A stretch of 62,196 bases of DNA, the filler included, from Deltaproteobacteria bacterium (GTDB lineage Bacteria; JAEEML01): NCBI GenBank assembly GCA_016283195.1. It is 5 parts of 5 records of this genome, joined end to end, with 100 filler letters (N's around TTAATTAATTAA, not from the genome) between each part and the next. Parts side by side here need not be neighbours in the genome. Positions count along the whole stretch, not along the records: positions 16,534 to 33,841 come from JAEEML010000015.1; positions 33,942 to 50,798 come from JAEEML010000090.1; 3 more parts are not named here. One strand, given 5' to 3'. Shown here in pieces: positions 31,368 to 42,816 of the stretch. Position numbers and translations under genes: made by a program. The notes beneath the pieces were generated by a model. It worked only from the letters and a program-made list of their open reading frames with translations. It was not told the DNA's origin and did no database searches. Position 1 is the stretch's first letter. Every line of letters starts with the position of its first letter.

Positions 31368-32510
31368 TTACTTTATTTGTTCACCCAGTGCTTTAACTTC
31401 TTTGCCAAAATTGGCCAAAACGGCATTATATTTGTTGCCCACGGCAAAGCCGGCAAAATCGGCCTCTTTGGCAGAGTAATTTATATCTTCCCCGGAACTC
31501 TTGCTAAAGACAACAATATACTTGGCTTCGCGCTGTTCGCGGGTTTCATCGGAACCGGCGGCGGCTGTAGCACCTTCGGGCACTTCCGGCCACTTAATAT
31601 CCTGATTACCCTGGCCACCGGCTTTAAAGCTATTCAGCTTTTTCCAGCGATAAATCTTATATTCGCAATAATTTGCTTCCACCGGCACCTCTTTTTCCTC
31701 ATAAACCGGCACATCGGCGCATTCTTTTACTTTTTTGGCATAGCCGTTTTTGAGGTCTTCAACTTTTTCTTCGCACTTTTGCTCGGTAAGCGGGGTGCCG
31801 TCTTCTTTTTTCACTACTTCTTTTACTTTTTTGCGCCCTTTTTCTTTTTTCACGCAATTAGAAATAGTGGCGCCCTTTAGATCATCATCTTCTTTAATAT
31901 CTTCTTCCCAATCTTTGCCCTCTTCCAAAGCTTTGCGCTCTATAGTAATTGTGCGGCTCCAAGAGAGGCTCTTAACTGTCACCGTATCGCCGGATTCTCT
32001 GGAAGCTAAGACAAAATAGATAATAATGCCTAAAATAATAGCAATAATTACAAAGAGGAGAGGACTTGTACCCTTCTTGGCAGCGGCAGCCGGAGCAGCC
32101 TTTTCACTGACTGGGGCGCTGCTACCTGCCAAATCACCTTTAGCCGGTTTGCGCTCACTCTCGGCAACGGTGGCCCCACAACTGGAACAAGTGGGATTAT
32201 TGCCTCTGTTCTGCCCTTCGCAGTATGGGCAGACCCAGTGCAAACCGGCAGCCGCCTCTTCGAGCTGCTCGGCATCGGTGACCGCCGGGCCATCAGCCGA
32301 AACAGTATAAGCCGCATCGGCTGTTTTAGGCGAGCCGCAGGAGGGGCAACGCATATCGCGGCCCATATTTTGCGCTCCGCAACGTGCGCATTTCCAGGTG
32401 GTCTCGATTATCTCTTCGCTCACCACATAAGATTCCGGTTTTTGCTCCTCTTGGTTTTCAGCGTCTTCAGTTTCGTTTTCAGATACTTCAGAAATTTCTG
32501 ATTCACTCAT
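31368..32510 (-). CDS. single-pass membrane protein with two RanBP2-type zinc fingers
   Basis: WKCARCGAQN..RCPSCG and WVCPYCEGQN..TCSSCG, one TM helix, extracytoplasmic beta-rich domain. Confidence 0.78.
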   Translation of the reverse strand: MSESEISEVSENETEDAENQEEQKPESYVVSEEIIETTWKCARCGAQNMGRDMRCPSCGSPKTADAAYTVSADGPAVTDAEQLEEAAAGLHWVCPYCEGQNRGNNPTCSSCGATVAESERKPAKGDLAGSSAPVSEKAAPAAAAKKGTSPLLFVIIAIILGIIIYFVLASRESGDTVTVKSLSWSRTITIERKALEEGKDWEEDIKEDDDLKGATISNCVKKEKGRKKVKEVVKKEDGTPLTEQKCEEKVEDLKNGYAKKVKECADVPVYEEKEVPVEANYCEYKIYRWKKLNSFKAGGQGNQDIKWPEVPEGATAAAGSDETREQREAKYIVVFSKSSGEDINYSAKEADFAGFAVGNKYNAVLANFGKEVKALGEQIK

Positions 32511-32565
32511 TTTTCATCTTCCATTCGCGGAAAATCCGCTGTTATTACTAGGTTATTCCCTAATA

Positions 32566-33841
32566 CTATTGCACTATTGTATTTAAAAGTCTATTAGCTT
32601 CAAAATATTTTTCATCTTTAAAAAACTGTTCTGCCTGTTTCCAAATAAGCCAAGCGCCGTTCTTTTGCTCGGGCGGCAAAGTGGCAATATAGCCCTTTAA
32701 ATTAGCTAACTTAGTATTAATAAAAGACTTATCTATAGCTATGGAATCAATAACCGCTGTGGCTTCTCTCGCCAAAAGTTGCTGTTCCTTGGCCGAGGTG
32801 CTCTCCTCAAGAGATTTTATAAGGCCATCGAGCGCGGGCACATCACCCAATAAAAGCCCCTTATCAGCCATGTGGTTTTTAACTTTGACAACTATCATAG
32901 CTCCGTTCACCTGCCCGTTATCGGCGCCGGAAACCTGAACAATATTGTCGTCAAAGGAGGGCAGTTGCAAAATATCGGAATTCGAGGTGTGCTCAAAAGA
33001 GAGAGCCACCACTATGCCGATACCAACCATCAGCACAGCGGCAAAAACAGCGGCCACAATGTAAGTCAAAGGAACACGGCTAAAAAAGGATTCACCGATT
33101 TGGGAAATATTTTTTCCGGTAGCCGGCAAAGCTTTGGGGAGCGGCTCGGGTTCTAAATCAAAATGCGAGCTGGAATCCATGTCCACAGCCTGATTATTCC
33201 GCTGCTCAACATCTTTTACTACATCTTCCAGCATGAGGGTCACGGGATCATTAGTCAGATCTTTGGGCCTGGAACCGCAGGCTTCCTCCAGATCTTTACG
33301 CAGTTCGCGGAAGGAGCGATAGCGGTCTTCGGGATTTAAGGCCATGGCCTTTAAAATTACCCGCTCCATTTTTTTCGATAAATTGGGATTAACGCTGCGC
33401 GGCGGGATAACTGCCCCCATGCGAATAGCGTCCATGATAGCAAAAATATTATCGCCGCCAAAGGGCAAATAGCCGGTGAGGCAACGGTAAAGAATAACGC
33501 CGACAGAATAAATATCCACCGCTGCTGTGGGTTTTAGGTGATTTAAAACTTCCGGCGCCACATAATGCACAGTGCCGACAGCCGCTCCGGCTTTAGTTAC
33601 CGAAGTAATATCGGCACCGGTGGAAAAGCCAAAATCCAAAATGGAAATCTGAAAACCGGGGCGCACCACAATATTGCCGGGCTTTAAATCGCGATGGATA
33701 ACGCCCTGAGCGTGGGCGGCATTCATGGCTTTGCAAACCGAGGAGATAATCTGCGCCGTGTGCCAGGGCGAGAGAATGCCCACCTGCTGCAGAAGGCGCT
33801 CCAGGAGAATGCCGTTGCAAAATTCCATAGTGATAAAGAAG
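32566..33841 (-). CDS. membrane-anchored Hanks-type Ser/Thr kinase (5' end lost at gap)
   Basis: HRDLKPGN, DFG, GTVHYVAPE, DIYSVG, TM helix, helical C-terminal domain. Confidence 0.9.
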
Positions 33842-33941
33842 NNNNNNNNNNNNNNNNNNNNNNNNNNNNNNNNNNNNNNNNNNNNTTAATTAATTAANNN
33901 NNNNNNNNNNNNNNNNNNNNNNNNNNNNNNNNNNNNNNNNN
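33842..33941. other. artificial contig linker
   Basis: N run + TTAATTAATTAA + N run. Confidence 0.98.
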
Positions 33942-34056
33942 GATCACTGTTGAGCTGATTCACCAGGTAGCTATGCAGGAAGAGATGCGCTTCGCTATCC
34001 GCGAAGGCGGTCGTACAGTTGGCGCCGGTGTTGTTACCGAGATTATTGATAAGTAA
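33942..34056 (+). CDS. tuf: elongation factor Tu (3' end only; not in ORF track)
   Basis: [37 protein letters not shown]. Confidence 0.96.
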
Positions 34057-34084
34057 CCTGTAACCAGGAGAATGGGTGAACATA

Positions 34085-34399
34085 ATGCAACCCACAACTA
34101 CAAAGATTAGAATTCGTTTGAAAGCTTATGATCACAATCTCCTCGACCAATCGGCCGGAGAAATTGTAGAAACAGCCCGCCGTACCGGTGCCAAGGTGGT
34201 GGGGCCCATCCCCTTGCCGACGAGGATTCATCGTTACACCGTGCTGCGTTCTCCTCATGTTGATAAAAAATCACGTGAGCAATTTGAGATTCGTACCCAC
34301 AAGAGACTTTTGGACATCATGGAGCCCACCCAACAAACTTTGGATGCTCTTATGAAACTGGAACTCTCCGCCGGTGTCGATGTCGAGATTAAATCGTGA
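34085..34399 (+). CDS. rpsJ: 30S ribosomal protein S10
   Basis: [38 protein letters not shown]. Confidence 0.98.
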   Translation: MQPTTTKIRIRLKAYDHNLLDQSAGEIVETARRTGAKVVGPIPLPTRIHRYTVLRSPHVDKKSREQFEIRTHKRLLDIMEPTQQTLDALMKLELSAGVDVEIKS

Positions 34400-34429
34400 G
34401 GAACGCCCAAGCGGCGATGAGGATTAGAA

Positions 34430-35071
34430 ATGGCGACATTAGATGTCTATAGTATGCAAGGTGCCAAGGTTGGTACCGTTGACGTTGAAGATGCTATCTT
34501 CAAAGGTCCGGTCAATGAGGCCCTTCTTTATCAGATGATTAATTTACAAAGAGCCAATAAGCGCTCCGGCACTGCCAGCACCAAGACCCGTGCCGATGTT
34601 TATGGCTCCGGCAAAAAGATTTACAAACAAAAAGGCACCGGTAACGCCCGTCACGGCGATGCTCAGGCTCCGGAATTCGTCGGCGGCGGCGTGGTCTTTG
34701 GCCCGCATCCTCGCGATTACAGCCAGGATATGCCAAAAAAAGCCCGTGCCAAAGCTCTTTGCAGCGCTCTTTCGCAGCGCTTCAAAGAAAATGCCATCAT
34801 GGTGATTGATGAAATGGCTCTCGCCGGTGAAACCGATGCGGCTAAGCCCTGCTATACCAAACGGCTCTCCGGTGCTCTTAAGGCTATGGATGTGAAGAGC
34901 GCTTTGATGGTTGACAGTGATAACAAAGTAATCAAGATGGCCGCTCACAATATGCCTGCCGTTAAGTATCTTGACGTGGCCGGTATTAATGTGTACGACA
35001 TCTTAAAGCATGGCAAGTTGCTGCTGAGCAAAGCAGCTCTTGAGAAAGTGCAAGAGAGGTTGCGCTCATGA
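34430..35071 (+). CDS. rplD: 50S ribosomal protein L4
   Basis: [31 protein letters not shown]. Confidence 0.97.
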   Translation: MATLDVYSMQGAKVGTVDVEDAIFKGPVNEALLYQMINLQRANKRSGTASTKTRADVYGSGKKIYKQKGTGNARHGDAQAPEFVGGGVVFGPHPRDYSQDMPKKARAKALCSALSQRFKENAIMVIDEMALAGETDAAKPCYTKRLSGALKAMDVKSALMVDSDNKVIKMAAHNMPAVKYLDVAGINVYDILKHGKLLLSKAALEKVQERLRS

Positions 35072-35361
35072 TAGAGCAATATTATCAGATTTTGCGCCGT
35101 CCTATAGTTACCGAGCGCAGCACCAAACTTGGTGAAGAACAAAACAAAGTGGTATTTGAAGTTGACCTTAAAGCCGACAAGCTGACTATTGCCAAGGCTG
35201 TTGAGGCAATTTATCAAGTAAAAGTTATCGGAGTTAATACTTCGATAGTTCGTGGTAAAACTAAACGCTTTGGCCGCACTGTTGGCAAGCGTTCTAACTG
35301 GAAGAAAGCGATCGTCACCTTGCATGAAGGTGATAAGATCAATTTCTTTGCCAATGCGTGA
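35068..35361 (+). CDS. rplW: 50S ribosomal protein L23
   Basis: PIVTERS, GKTKRFG, WKKAIVTL. Confidence 0.97.
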   Translation: MIEQYYQILRRPIVTERSTKLGEEQNKVVFEVDLKADKLTIAKAVEAIYQVKVIGVNTSIVRGKTKRFGRTVGKRSNWKKAIVTLHEGDKINFFANA

Positions 35362-35370
35362 GGCTTAATT

Positions 35371-36201
35371 ATGGCGATCCGTAATTTTCATCCTACTTCC
35401 AAGTGCCGCCGCCAGATGCAGGTTTCCGATTTTTCGGATATCTCCAAAGTGGCTCCCGAGAAGTCTCTTCTTGAGCCGCTGCAAAAAACCGGTGGCCGTA
35501 ATAATCAGGGTCGGGTGACTGTGCGTTTTATCGGCGGTGGCCACAAACGCAAATACCGCATAATAGATTTTAAACGCAACAAATTTAATGTCCCCGGGAC
35601 TGTTGCTACTATCGAATATGATCCCAACCGCACCTGTCGCATCGCCCTGGTGAACTATGCCGACGGTGAGAAGCGCTATATCTTGGCTCCCAATACGCTG
35701 AAGGTCGGTGATACCGTCATTTCCGGCGAGAGCGTGGATATTATGGTCGGTAATGCTCTGCCTTTGGCCAATATGCCTCTCGGTACATTGGTGCACAATA
35801 TTGAGCTGAAACCGGGCAAGGGCGGCCAAATGGTGCGTAGCGCCGGCGCTGCCGCTCAGGTCGTGGCCAAAGAGGGCGATTATGTTACTTTGCGCCTCCC
35901 CTCCGGTGAAATGCGCAAGGTTTCCAAGCTCTGCTTTGCCACAGTCGGTGAAGTGGGCAACCACGAGCACGAGAATGAGAAATCCGGCAAAGCCGGCCGC
36001 AGCCGCTGGTTGGGCAAGATGCCGCACAACCGTGGTACCACAATGAACCCTGTTGACCACCCCCACGGCGGTGGTGAAGGTAAGGCAAACGGTGGCCGTC
36101 AGCATACCAGTCCTTGGGGCTGGTACACTAAAGGTCCCAAGACTCGTAAAAACAAACGGTCTGAATATATGATCGTAAAACGGCGTGCTAAAAGCCGGTA
36201 G
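35371..36201 (+). CDS. rplB: 50S ribosomal protein L2
   Basis: [27 protein letters not shown]. Confidence 0.99.
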   Translation: MAIRNFHPTSKCRRQMQVSDFSDISKVAPEKSLLEPLQKTGGRNNQGRVTVRFIGGGHKRKYRIIDFKRNKFNVPGTVATIEYDPNRTCRIALVNYADGEKRYILAPNTLKVGDTVISGESVDIMVGNALPLANMPLGTLVHNIELKPGKGGQMVRSAGAAAQVVAKEGDYVTLRLPSGEMRKVSKLCFATVGEVGNHEHENEKSGKAGRSRWLGKMPHNRGTTMNPVDHPHGGGEGKANGGRQHTSPWGWYTKGPKTRKNKRSEYMIVKRRAKSR

Positions 36202-36211
36202 GAATTGAGTA

Positions 36212-36490
36212 ATGGCACGATCAATTAAAAAAGGTCCCTTTGTGGATGAGCATTTGATGAAGAAGATTGATGAGCTTAACAAAGCTAATCAAAAGAAAGT
36301 TGTCCAAACTTGGTCAAGACGGTCGACTATTGTTCCTGAATTTATCGGTCACACCTTTGCGGTGCACAATGGCCGTAAATTTACCGCTGTGTTTGTGACC
36401 GAAAATATGGTTGGCCATAAGCTTGGCGAATTTGCCCCCACCAGAACCTTCCATGGTCACGCTGCCGATCGCAAAGCGGCCAAGAAGTAA
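36212..36490 (+). CDS. rpsS: 30S ribosomal protein S19
   Basis: [29 protein letters not shown]. Confidence 0.98.
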   Translation: MARSIKKGPFVDEHLMKKIDELNKANQKKVVQTWSRRSTIVPEFIGHTFAVHNGRKFTAVFVTENMVGHKLGEFAPTRTFHGHAADRKAAKK

Positions 36491-36514
36491 TAGTGGATAG
36501 CGAAAGGAAACAAG

Positions 36515-36898
36515 ATGTCTACTAGAGAACGTGAAAAAGCGAAAGTTAGAAAAGCTGCCAAGGTTGCCGCTGCCCCCCGGGCCAGTTTGCGTAATCTGCG
36601 CATGTCTCCTTCTAAAGTGCGCCTGGTTGTTGATTTGGTTAGAGGCCAGAATGGTGTGGATGCGGAAGCTATTCTTACCCTTTGCGATAAGAAAGCTGCT
36701 AGCCACGTCTTAAAACTTCTGCGCTCAGCTGTAGCCAATACTGAAGAAAAAGGCGTGGGCAGTGCTGAGAATCTGAAGATTAAGACAGCTTTTGTGGATG
36801 AGGGCCCCGTGATGAAGCGGTGGAACTCAAGAGCTCAGGGCCGCGCTTGCAGGATTCTGAAACGTACTTCGGATATTACCATCATTCTCGATAAATAG
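36515..36898 (+). CDS. rplV: 50S ribosomal protein L22
   Basis: SPSKVRLVVDLVRG, SAVAN, RAQGRA. Confidence 0.97.
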   Translation: MSTREREKAKVRKAAKVAAAPRASLRNLRMSPSKVRLVVDLVRGQNGVDAEAILTLCDKKAASHVLKLLRSAVANTEEKGVGSAENLKIKTAFVDEGPVMKRWNSRAQGRACRILKRTSDITIILDK

Positions 36899-36937
36899 AG
36901 ATTGATTAGCCCTTAATGGGGGATTGGAGAGGTAACT

Positions 36938-37609
36938 ATGGGGCAGAAAACGCACCCAATAGGTTTTAGGTTAGGATACATTAAGAGTTGGGACTCTAAA
37001 TGGTATGAAGAAAAGAACTATGCCAAATGGTTGCATGAGGATATTAAAATTCGCGAGCACCTGCGGCAAAAACTGGAGAGCGCCAGTGTTTCAAAAATTG
37101 AGATTGAGCGCGCTGCCAATATTGTGAAAGTCAATATCCACACCGCTCGTCCCGGTATTGTTATCGGCCGCAAAGGCGAGGATATTGAGAAGCTGAAAAA
37201 AGAAATTCAGACAATGACCGAAAACGAGGTTTTTGTCAATATCCATGAGATTCGCAAACAAGAGCTTGATGCTTATCTCGTGGCCGAAAGTGTTGCTTTG
37301 CAGCTCAGCCGTCGTATCGCTTTCCGTCGGGCTATGAAAAAAGCCGTGCAATCGGCTTTGAAATTCGGCGCCAAGGGTATTAAAGTGGCTTGCTCTGGCC
37401 GACTTGGCGGAGCTGAAATGGCTCGTTATGAGTGGTATCGTGAGGGCCGCGTGCCGTTGCATACACTCCGCGCTGATATTGATTACGGTATTGCCAAATC
37501 ACACACTACCTATGGTGTTATTGGCGTAAAATGCTGGATTTTCAAAGGCGAAATTCTGCCCCAGGCCAAATCTTTAAAGAATAAACCGAAAGCAGATAAA
37601 GCAGTTTGA
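36938..37609 (+). CDS. rpsC: 30S ribosomal protein S3
   Basis: [36 protein letters not shown]. Confidence 0.98.
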   Translation: MGQKTHPIGFRLGYIKSWDSKWYEEKNYAKWLHEDIKIREHLRQKLESASVSKIEIERAANIVKVNIHTARPGIVIGRKGEDIEKLKKEIQTMTENEVFVNIHEIRKQELDAYLVAESVALQLSRRIAFRRAMKKAVQSALKFGAKGIKVACSGRLGGAEMARYEWYREGRVPLHTLRADIDYGIAKSHTTYGVIGVKCWIFKGEILPQAKSLKNKPKADKAV

Positions 37610-37643
37610 GAGCTTATAATAAATAGCATAATGGAGTTTAGCC

Positions 37644-38060
37644 ATGTTGGCACCATCAAGAGTTAAGTATAGAAAACAAATGAAGGGCAGATTGGACGGC
37701 GTTGCCCGCCGTGGCTCTACCCTGGCCTTTGGTGAATTTGGCTTGCAAGCTATTGAACCGGGCTGGGTGACCGAGCGGCAAATTGAAGCTGCCCGTATCG
37801 CTATTAACCGTCACTTAAAGCGCGTTGGTAAACTGTGGATCCGCGTTTTCCCAGATAAACCGGTTGGTAAGAAGCCGGCTGAAACTCGTATGGGTAAAGG
37901 TAAGGGTACACCGGATAGTTGGGTTGTGCCAATGCACTCCGGGGTGATCGTTTATGAAATTTTGGGTGTTCCGGAAGTTGATGCCAAAGAGGCTCTGCGC
38001 CTGGCTTCACACAAGCTCCCGATTCGTACCAAAATTGTGAAAAGGAGCGATTTACTATGA
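37644..38060 (+). CDS. rplP: 50S ribosomal protein L16
   Basis: [23 protein letters not shown]. Confidence 0.98.
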   Translation: MLAPSRVKYRKQMKGRLDGVARRGSTLAFGEFGLQAIEPGWVTERQIEAARIAINRHLKRVGKLWIRVFPDKPVGKKPAETRMGKGKGTPDSWVVPMHSGVIVYEILGVPEVDAKEALRLASHKLPIRTKIVKRSDLL

Positions 38061-38263
38061 AAAGTTCTGAAATTCGGGAGCGCAATACCGAAGAGCTGAG
38101 CGTTCTCTTGCAGCAGATGAATGAGAATCTCTTCAAGAAGAAATTTGACAAGGCTCTCAATCAGCTGCAAAAAAACCATGAGGTGCGCCAGCTGAAGAAG
38201 GATATTGCCAAGGTGAAAACCATTATTCGCGAGCGGGAAATTGCCGCCTCTAAAGAGGGCTGA
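38057..38263 (+). CDS. rpmC: 50S ribosomal protein L29
   Basis: position in operon; [10 protein letters not shown]. Confidence 0.93.
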   Translation: MKSSEIRERNTEELSVLLQQMNENLFKKKFDKALNQLQKNHEVRQLKKDIAKVKTIIREREIAASKEG

Positions 38264-38290
38264 CCGCCAGCGGGCAGATAAGGAATAGCT

Positions 38291-38548
38291 ATGTCAATCG
38301 AAAGACGTACAAAAATTGCGACAGTAATAAAAAATAAGATGGACAAAACCGTCGTTGTGGAGTATACACGCCGGGTAGCTCACTCGGTCTACGGTAAATT
38401 CGTTAAAGACCGCGTGAGAATTAAAGCTCATGATGAAAAGAATGAGTGCAATGTCGGTGATACGGTAATGCTTGAAGAGACCCGCCCGTTGTCCAAAGAT
38501 AAACACTGGCGCGTTTGCAAGATTATCAAGAAAAACGAGTTGGTCTGA
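38291..38548 (+). CDS. rpsQ: 30S ribosomal protein S17
   Basis: [25 protein letters not shown]. Confidence 0.97.
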   Translation: MSIERRTKIATVIKNKMDKTVVVEYTRRVAHSVYGKFVKDRVRIKAHDEKNECNVGDTVMLEETRPLSKDKHWRVCKIIKKNELV

Positions 38549-38585
38549 TTCTTGGCGAACAGGCCAGCCAAGTGGAGTTTAGCCT

Positions 38586-38954
38586 ATGATTCAGATGCAA
38601 TCTACCCTGGATGTAGCAGACAATTCCGGGGCAAAAAAAGTCTGCTGTATTAAAGTTCTTGGTGGTTCTCGCCGCCGCTATGCCGCTATCGGCGACGTTG
38701 TGCGCGTTGCTGTGCGTGAAGCTCTCCCTAATTCCAAAGTGAAAAAGGGTGACAAAATGCTGGCTGTAGTGGTGCGTACTGCCAAAGAGGTGCGCCGCCC
38801 CGATGGCACCTATATTCGTTTTGATAAAAACAGTGCCGTGCTATTGAACAACAATCGTGAGCCTATCGGTACCCGTATCTTTGGGCCGGTTGCTCGTGAA
38901 CTGCGTAATAAAAAGTTCATGAAGATTGTTTCTTTGGCTCCTGAGGTTCTGTAG
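38586..38954 (+). CDS. rplN: 50S ribosomal protein L14
   Basis: [28 protein letters not shown]. Confidence 0.99.
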   Translation: MIQMQSTLDVADNSGAKKVCCIKVLGGSRRRYAAIGDVVRVAVREALPNSKVKKGDKMLAVVVRTAKEVRRPDGTYIRFDKNSAVLLNNNREPIGTRIFGPVARELRNKKFMKIVSLAPEVL

Positions 38955-38963
38955 GAGAAGGTC

Positions 38964-39293
38964 ATGAAGATTAAGAAAAATGATACCGTGGAAGTGATCA
39001 CTGGTAAATACAAAGGCAAAAAAGGTAAAGTCATCGAAGTGCTTACCGCTGAGAATGCCGTGCGCGTTGAAGGCATCAACCTGATTAAACGCCACTATAA
39101 ACCCAGCCAGGCTCATCCTGAGGGCGGGATTGTGGAAAAGGTCGGTACCATCCACATTTCCAATGTGGCTCTGCTTGACCCCACCGATGGCAAGCCCACT
39201 CGCGTTGGCTTTAAATTTATTGATGATAAAGATTCCGGTAAAAAACGCAAAGTCAGAATCTCTCGCAGAAGCGGCGAGATCCTGGATAAGTAA
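38964..39293 (+). CDS. rplX: 50S ribosomal protein L24
   Basis: KOW motif [21 protein letters not shown]. Confidence 0.97.
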   Translation: MKIKKNDTVEVITGKYKGKKGKVIEVLTAENAVRVEGINLIKRHYKPSQAHPEGGIVEKVGTIHISNVALLDPTDGKPTRVGFKFIDDKDSGKKRKVRISRRSGEILDK

Positions 39294-39352
39294 TTAACAA
39301 GTGCGACTCCCCCTCACAGCGCGGGGGAATTTGGGTCGCCAAAGGATGAAAA

Positions 39353-39946
39353 ATGGCAAAAGAAGCTAAAGCTAAAAAAACAGTAAGCGAGGCCAGAGCT
39401 CCGGTTACGCCTCGTCTAAGCAAACTTTATAACGATGAGGTAGTGGCCAAACTTACTAAAGATTTTGGTTACAAAAACCCCATGCAGGTTCCCCGGATTA
39501 AAAAGATCACCATTAACATGGGTCTGGGCGAAGCTGTCCAAAATGTGAAAATTATCGATTCTGCACTCGAAGAGATGAAAGCTATTACCGGTCGTAAACC
39601 GGTTGTGACCAAATCTCGTCAGTCTATTGCTAACTTTAAGTTGCGTGCTGGTATGCCGATCGGCGTTATGGTGACCCTCCGGCGTGACATCATGTGGGAA
39701 TTTCTGGAAAGATTATTTACCATCGCTCTGCCCCGCGTGCGCGATTTCAAAGGTGTGAGCACCAAAGCTTTTGATGGCCGTGGCAACTATGCTCTTGGTC
39801 TCAAAGAGCAAATTATCTTCCCGGAAATCGATTACGATAAAATTGATAAAATCAAAGGTCTGGGTATCACTATCGTGACCAGTGCTAAGACCGACAAAGA
39901 GTGTAAGGCGTTACTTGAATATATTGGTATGCCTTTCCGTAAGTGA
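39353..39946 (+). CDS. rplE: 50S ribosomal protein L5
   Basis: [34 protein letters not shown]. Confidence 0.98.
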   Translation: MAKEAKAKKTVSEARAPVTPRLSKLYNDEVVAKLTKDFGYKNPMQVPRIKKITINMGLGEAVQNVKIIDSALEEMKAITGRKPVVTKSRQSIANFKLRAGMPIGVMVTLRRDIMWEFLERLFTIALPRVRDFKGVSTKAFDGRGNYALGLKEQIIFPEIDYDKIDKIKGLGITIVTSAKTDKECKALLEYIGMPFRK

Positions 39947-39955
39947 GGATAGAAT

Positions 39956-40141
39956 ATGTCTAAAAAGTGCAAATTAGTAAGAGATCCCAAGACGATCAAA
40001 TTTTCCACCCGTCAGCACAATCGCTGCGGTATTTGTGGCCGTTCCCGCGGCTATATCCGGAAATTTAATCTTTGCCGTCTTTGCTTCAGAGAAAGAGCTT
40101 TAAATGGTGAACTTCCAGGCGTAACTAAAGCGTCCTGGTAA
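39956..40141 (+). CDS. rpsN: 30S ribosomal protein S14, zinc-binding short type
   Basis: [23 protein letters not shown], 61 aa. Confidence 0.96.
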   Translation: MSKKCKLVRDPKTIKFSTRQHNRCGICGRSRGYIRKFNLCRLCFRERALNGELPGVTKASW

Positions 40142-40188
40142 TAAATAGCGGGGATACGGCTTAGGCAACGGCCCCTGAAAGGTGAAAA

Positions 40189-40581
40189 ATGATAGATCCT
40201 ATCGCAGATATGCTGACACGCATTCGCAATGCCCAAAAGGCCAAACACGAATCAGTGAAGATGCCCTCTTCCAAACTGAAAGAGAAAATCGCCGGTGTGC
40301 TCAAAGAGAGCGGCTATGTTTCCGACGTAGAAGTAATTCCCGGTAAGGTTTTCAACGAACTTTCTATTTCCCTGAAATATGATCACAAAGGCGTTCCTGC
40401 CATTGAACATATTTCCCGCGTGAGTACTTGCGGTCGCCGTGTATATACCGGCTATGACAAGATTCCCACTGTGCGCAGCGGACTTGGTATTTGCATTTTA
40501 ACTACGTCAAAAGGCGTTATGACTGATAAAGAAGCTCGCAACCAGAGAGTTGGTGGCGAGGTTCTCTGCTATGTCTGGTAA
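40189..40581 (+). CDS. rpsH: 30S ribosomal protein S8
   Basis: DPIADMLTRIRNA, TSKGVMTD, GGEVLCYVW. Confidence 0.98.
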   Translation: MIDPIADMLTRIRNAQKAKHESVKMPSSKLKEKIAGVLKESGYVSDVEVIPGKVFNELSISLKYDHKGVPAIEHISRVSTCGRRVYTGYDKIPTVRSGLGICILTTSKGVMTDKEARNQRVGGEVLCYVW

Positions 40582-40595
40582 GAGAGGGGTGTAGC

Positions 40596-41135
40596 ATGTC
40601 AAGAATTGGTAAAAAGCCGGTTGTTATTCCCTCCGGTGTCAGTGTGACGAAAAATAAAAGCGAGATAACTGTCAAAGGGCCGCAAGGGACTTTGACCATG
40701 ACTCACCGCCCCGAAGTCGAAGTGGCTGTCGAAGACGGCGTAGTGCATGTTTCTGTTGTCAGCACCGACCGCAATGCCAGAGCTTATTTCGGTATGACCA
40801 GAGCTCTCATTAATAACATGATTATCGGTACCTCCAAGGGCTTTTCCAAGCAACTGGATGTAAGCGGTGTCGGTTACAGAGCCGATGTAAAAGGTAATGA
40901 ACTTGTTCTTAACCTTGGTTTTACTCATACCATCAACTATCCGATTCCCGCCGGAGTCAAAGTTGAAGTTGATAAAAACAACCGCATTACTATTAGCGGC
41001 TGTGATAAGCAAAAAGTCGGCCAGATGGCTGCCGAAGTTCGCGCTTATAAACATGCTGATCCGTACAAACTCAAAGGTGTGAAGTATGTTGATGAGGTTG
41101 TGAAACGTAAAGTCGGCAAAGCCGGTACAAAATAA
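40596..41135 (+). CDS. rplF: 50S ribosomal protein L6
   Basis: MSRIGKKPV, GVGYRA, PYKLKGVKY. Confidence 0.98.
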   Translation: MSRIGKKPVVIPSGVSVTKNKSEITVKGPQGTLTMTHRPEVEVAVEDGVVHVSVVSTDRNARAYFGMTRALINNMIIGTSKGFSKQLDVSGVGYRADVKGNELVLNLGFTHTINYPIPAGVKVEVDKNNRITISGCDKQKVGQMAAEVRAYKHADPYKLKGVKYVDEVVKRKVGKAGTK

Positions 41136-41182
41136 GTAACCGCTGAAAGGCCATAAGACATTAAGTTGTTGAGAGGATTACC

Positions 41183-41560
41183 ATGATTCCAAATAAAAAA
41201 CCAAAATCAAGAAACGAGTTGCGTATCCGCAGACGGAATCGCGGTCGCAAGAAAATTGCCGGCACAGCGAGCCAGCCCAGAATCTCTGTTTACAGAAGTC
41301 TCACCAATATCTTTGCCCAAGTTATTGATGATGATAAAGGTGTGACCTTGGCTTCTGCTTCTACTATCGCTAAAGATCTGCGTGACAGCTTGAAGGGGCT
41401 CAAAAAAGCCGAGAAGGCCAAACTTGTTGGCAAGAAGCTGGCTGAGATTTGCAAAGCTAAAGGTATTGAAAATGTTGTCTTCGATCGTGGCGGCTATCGC
41501 TACCAGGGTCGGGTTAAAGCACTTGCCGACGGCGCCCGTGAGGGCGGCCTCCAATTCTAA
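41183..41560 (+). CDS. rplR: 50S ribosomal protein L18
   Basis: [32 protein letters not shown]. Confidence 0.97.
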   Translation: MIPNKKPKSRNELRIRRRNRGRKKIAGTASQPRISVYRSLTNIFAQVIDDDKGVTLASASTIAKDLRDSLKGLKKAEKAKLVGKKLAEICKAKGIENVVFDRGGYRYQGRVKALADGAREGGLQF

Positions 41561-41571
41561 GGAGCTGATTA

Positions 41572-42063
41572 ATGCGTGGACCTACAGATAAAAATATTGA
41601 AACCGAGGTCGATCTGATTGACCGCGTTGTGCATTTAAACCGTGTTGCCAAAACCGTTAAAGGTGGCCGCCGGATGAACTTCAGCGCTTTGGTAGTGGTC
41701 GGTGACGGCGCCGGGCGCGTGGGTGTTGGTCTTGGTAAAGCCCATGAAGTTCCCGAAGCTATTCGCAAAGGTATGGACCGTGCCAAAAAGAAAATGGTGC
41801 CGGTGGCTTTGAAAGATGGCACAATCCCTCATGAAGTGATTGGCCACTTTGGTGCCAGCAAAGTTGTTTTGCGTCCGGCGCGTCCCGGTACCGGTGTTAT
41901 CGCTGGTGGGGCAGTGCGTGCTATTCTGGAAGCTGCCGGTGTGAAAAATATTCTCACCAAGTGTATTGGCACCAATAATCCCCACAATGTCATCAATGCC
42001 ACTTTGGAAGCTATATCCCGTCTTCACTCTGAAGAGGATGTTAACCTGAAGCTTGGCAAGTGA
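41572..42063 (+). CDS. rpsE: 30S ribosomal protein S5
   Basis: [30 protein letters not shown]. Confidence 0.98.
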   Translation: MRGPTDKNIETEVDLIDRVVHLNRVAKTVKGGRRMNFSALVVVGDGAGRVGVGLGKAHEVPEAIRKGMDRAKKKMVPVALKDGTIPHEVIGHFGASKVVLRPARPGTGVIAGGAVRAILEAAGVKNILTKCIGTNNPHNVINATLEAISRLHSEEDVNLKLGK

Positions 42064-42096
42064 ACTTTGGCATAGAAAGTATAGTGGAGAATAGTT

Positions 42097-42300
42097 ATGG
42101 AAAGACATTTTGAATTACGCTTACGCAGGTCAGGCGCCGGTGAACCCGATACCATGCGCCGCACTTTGCACGGCCTGGGTTTGGAACGTTTTGGAAAGAC
42201 GGTCTTTTTGAAAGATACACCGGCTATCCGCGGTATGATTAAAAAAGTGGTTCATCTGGTGGAAGTTATCCCTCATGATGGCCCCGTACCCACTAAATAA
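42097..42300 (+). CDS. rpmD: 50S ribosomal protein L30
   Basis: position; [25 protein letters not shown]. Confidence 0.92.
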   Translation: MERHFELRLRRSGAGEPDTMRRTLHGLGLERFGKTVFLKDTPAIRGMIKKVVHLVEVIPHDGPVPTK

Positions 42301-42314
42301 CAGAGGTTAATGCT

Positions 42315-42758
42315 ATGAAATTAAACGAGATTAAAGCTCCAAGCGGGCGTAAATATGCCAAACGTGTAGGTCGTGGTCCCGGTAGTGGTACCGGCAAGAC
42401 TTCCGGTAAAGGTGGCAAAGGCCAAACAGCCAGAACCGGTAAAGGCAAGCCGCGTACCGGTTACGAAGGCGGCCAAATGCCGATGTATCGCCGCATTCCC
42501 AAACGCGGTTTTTGCAACATCTTTGCTAAAGAATTTAACGAAGTTGCCCTTTCTGCTCTTGAGCAGTTCGACAACGGCACCGTAGTTACCGCCGAGCTCT
42601 TAAAAGAGGCCAAAGTGGTAAAGAATGTCAAAGACGGTATCAGGATTCTTGGCAACGGCGATATTACAAAGAAGCTGACAGTAAAAGCCAATCATGTTAC
42701 CGCTTCTGCCAAAGAGAAAATCGAAAAGGCCGGCGGTAGCGTTGAAATTATTAAGTAA
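42315..42758 (+). CDS. rplO: 50S ribosomal protein L15
   Basis: [29 protein letters not shown]. Confidence 0.98.
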   Translation: MKLNEIKAPSGRKYAKRVGRGPGSGTGKTSGKGGKGQTARTGKGKPRTGYEGGQMPMYRRIPKRGFCNIFAKEFNEVALSALEQFDNGTVVTAELLKEAKVVKNVKDGIRILGNGDITKKLTVKANHVTASAKEKIEKAGGSVEIIK

Positions 42759-42816
42759 GGCTTTTCTTGTAATTACCTATCAATAACTATTTATCAAGAG
42801 CGCGGAGTAAGCATAC

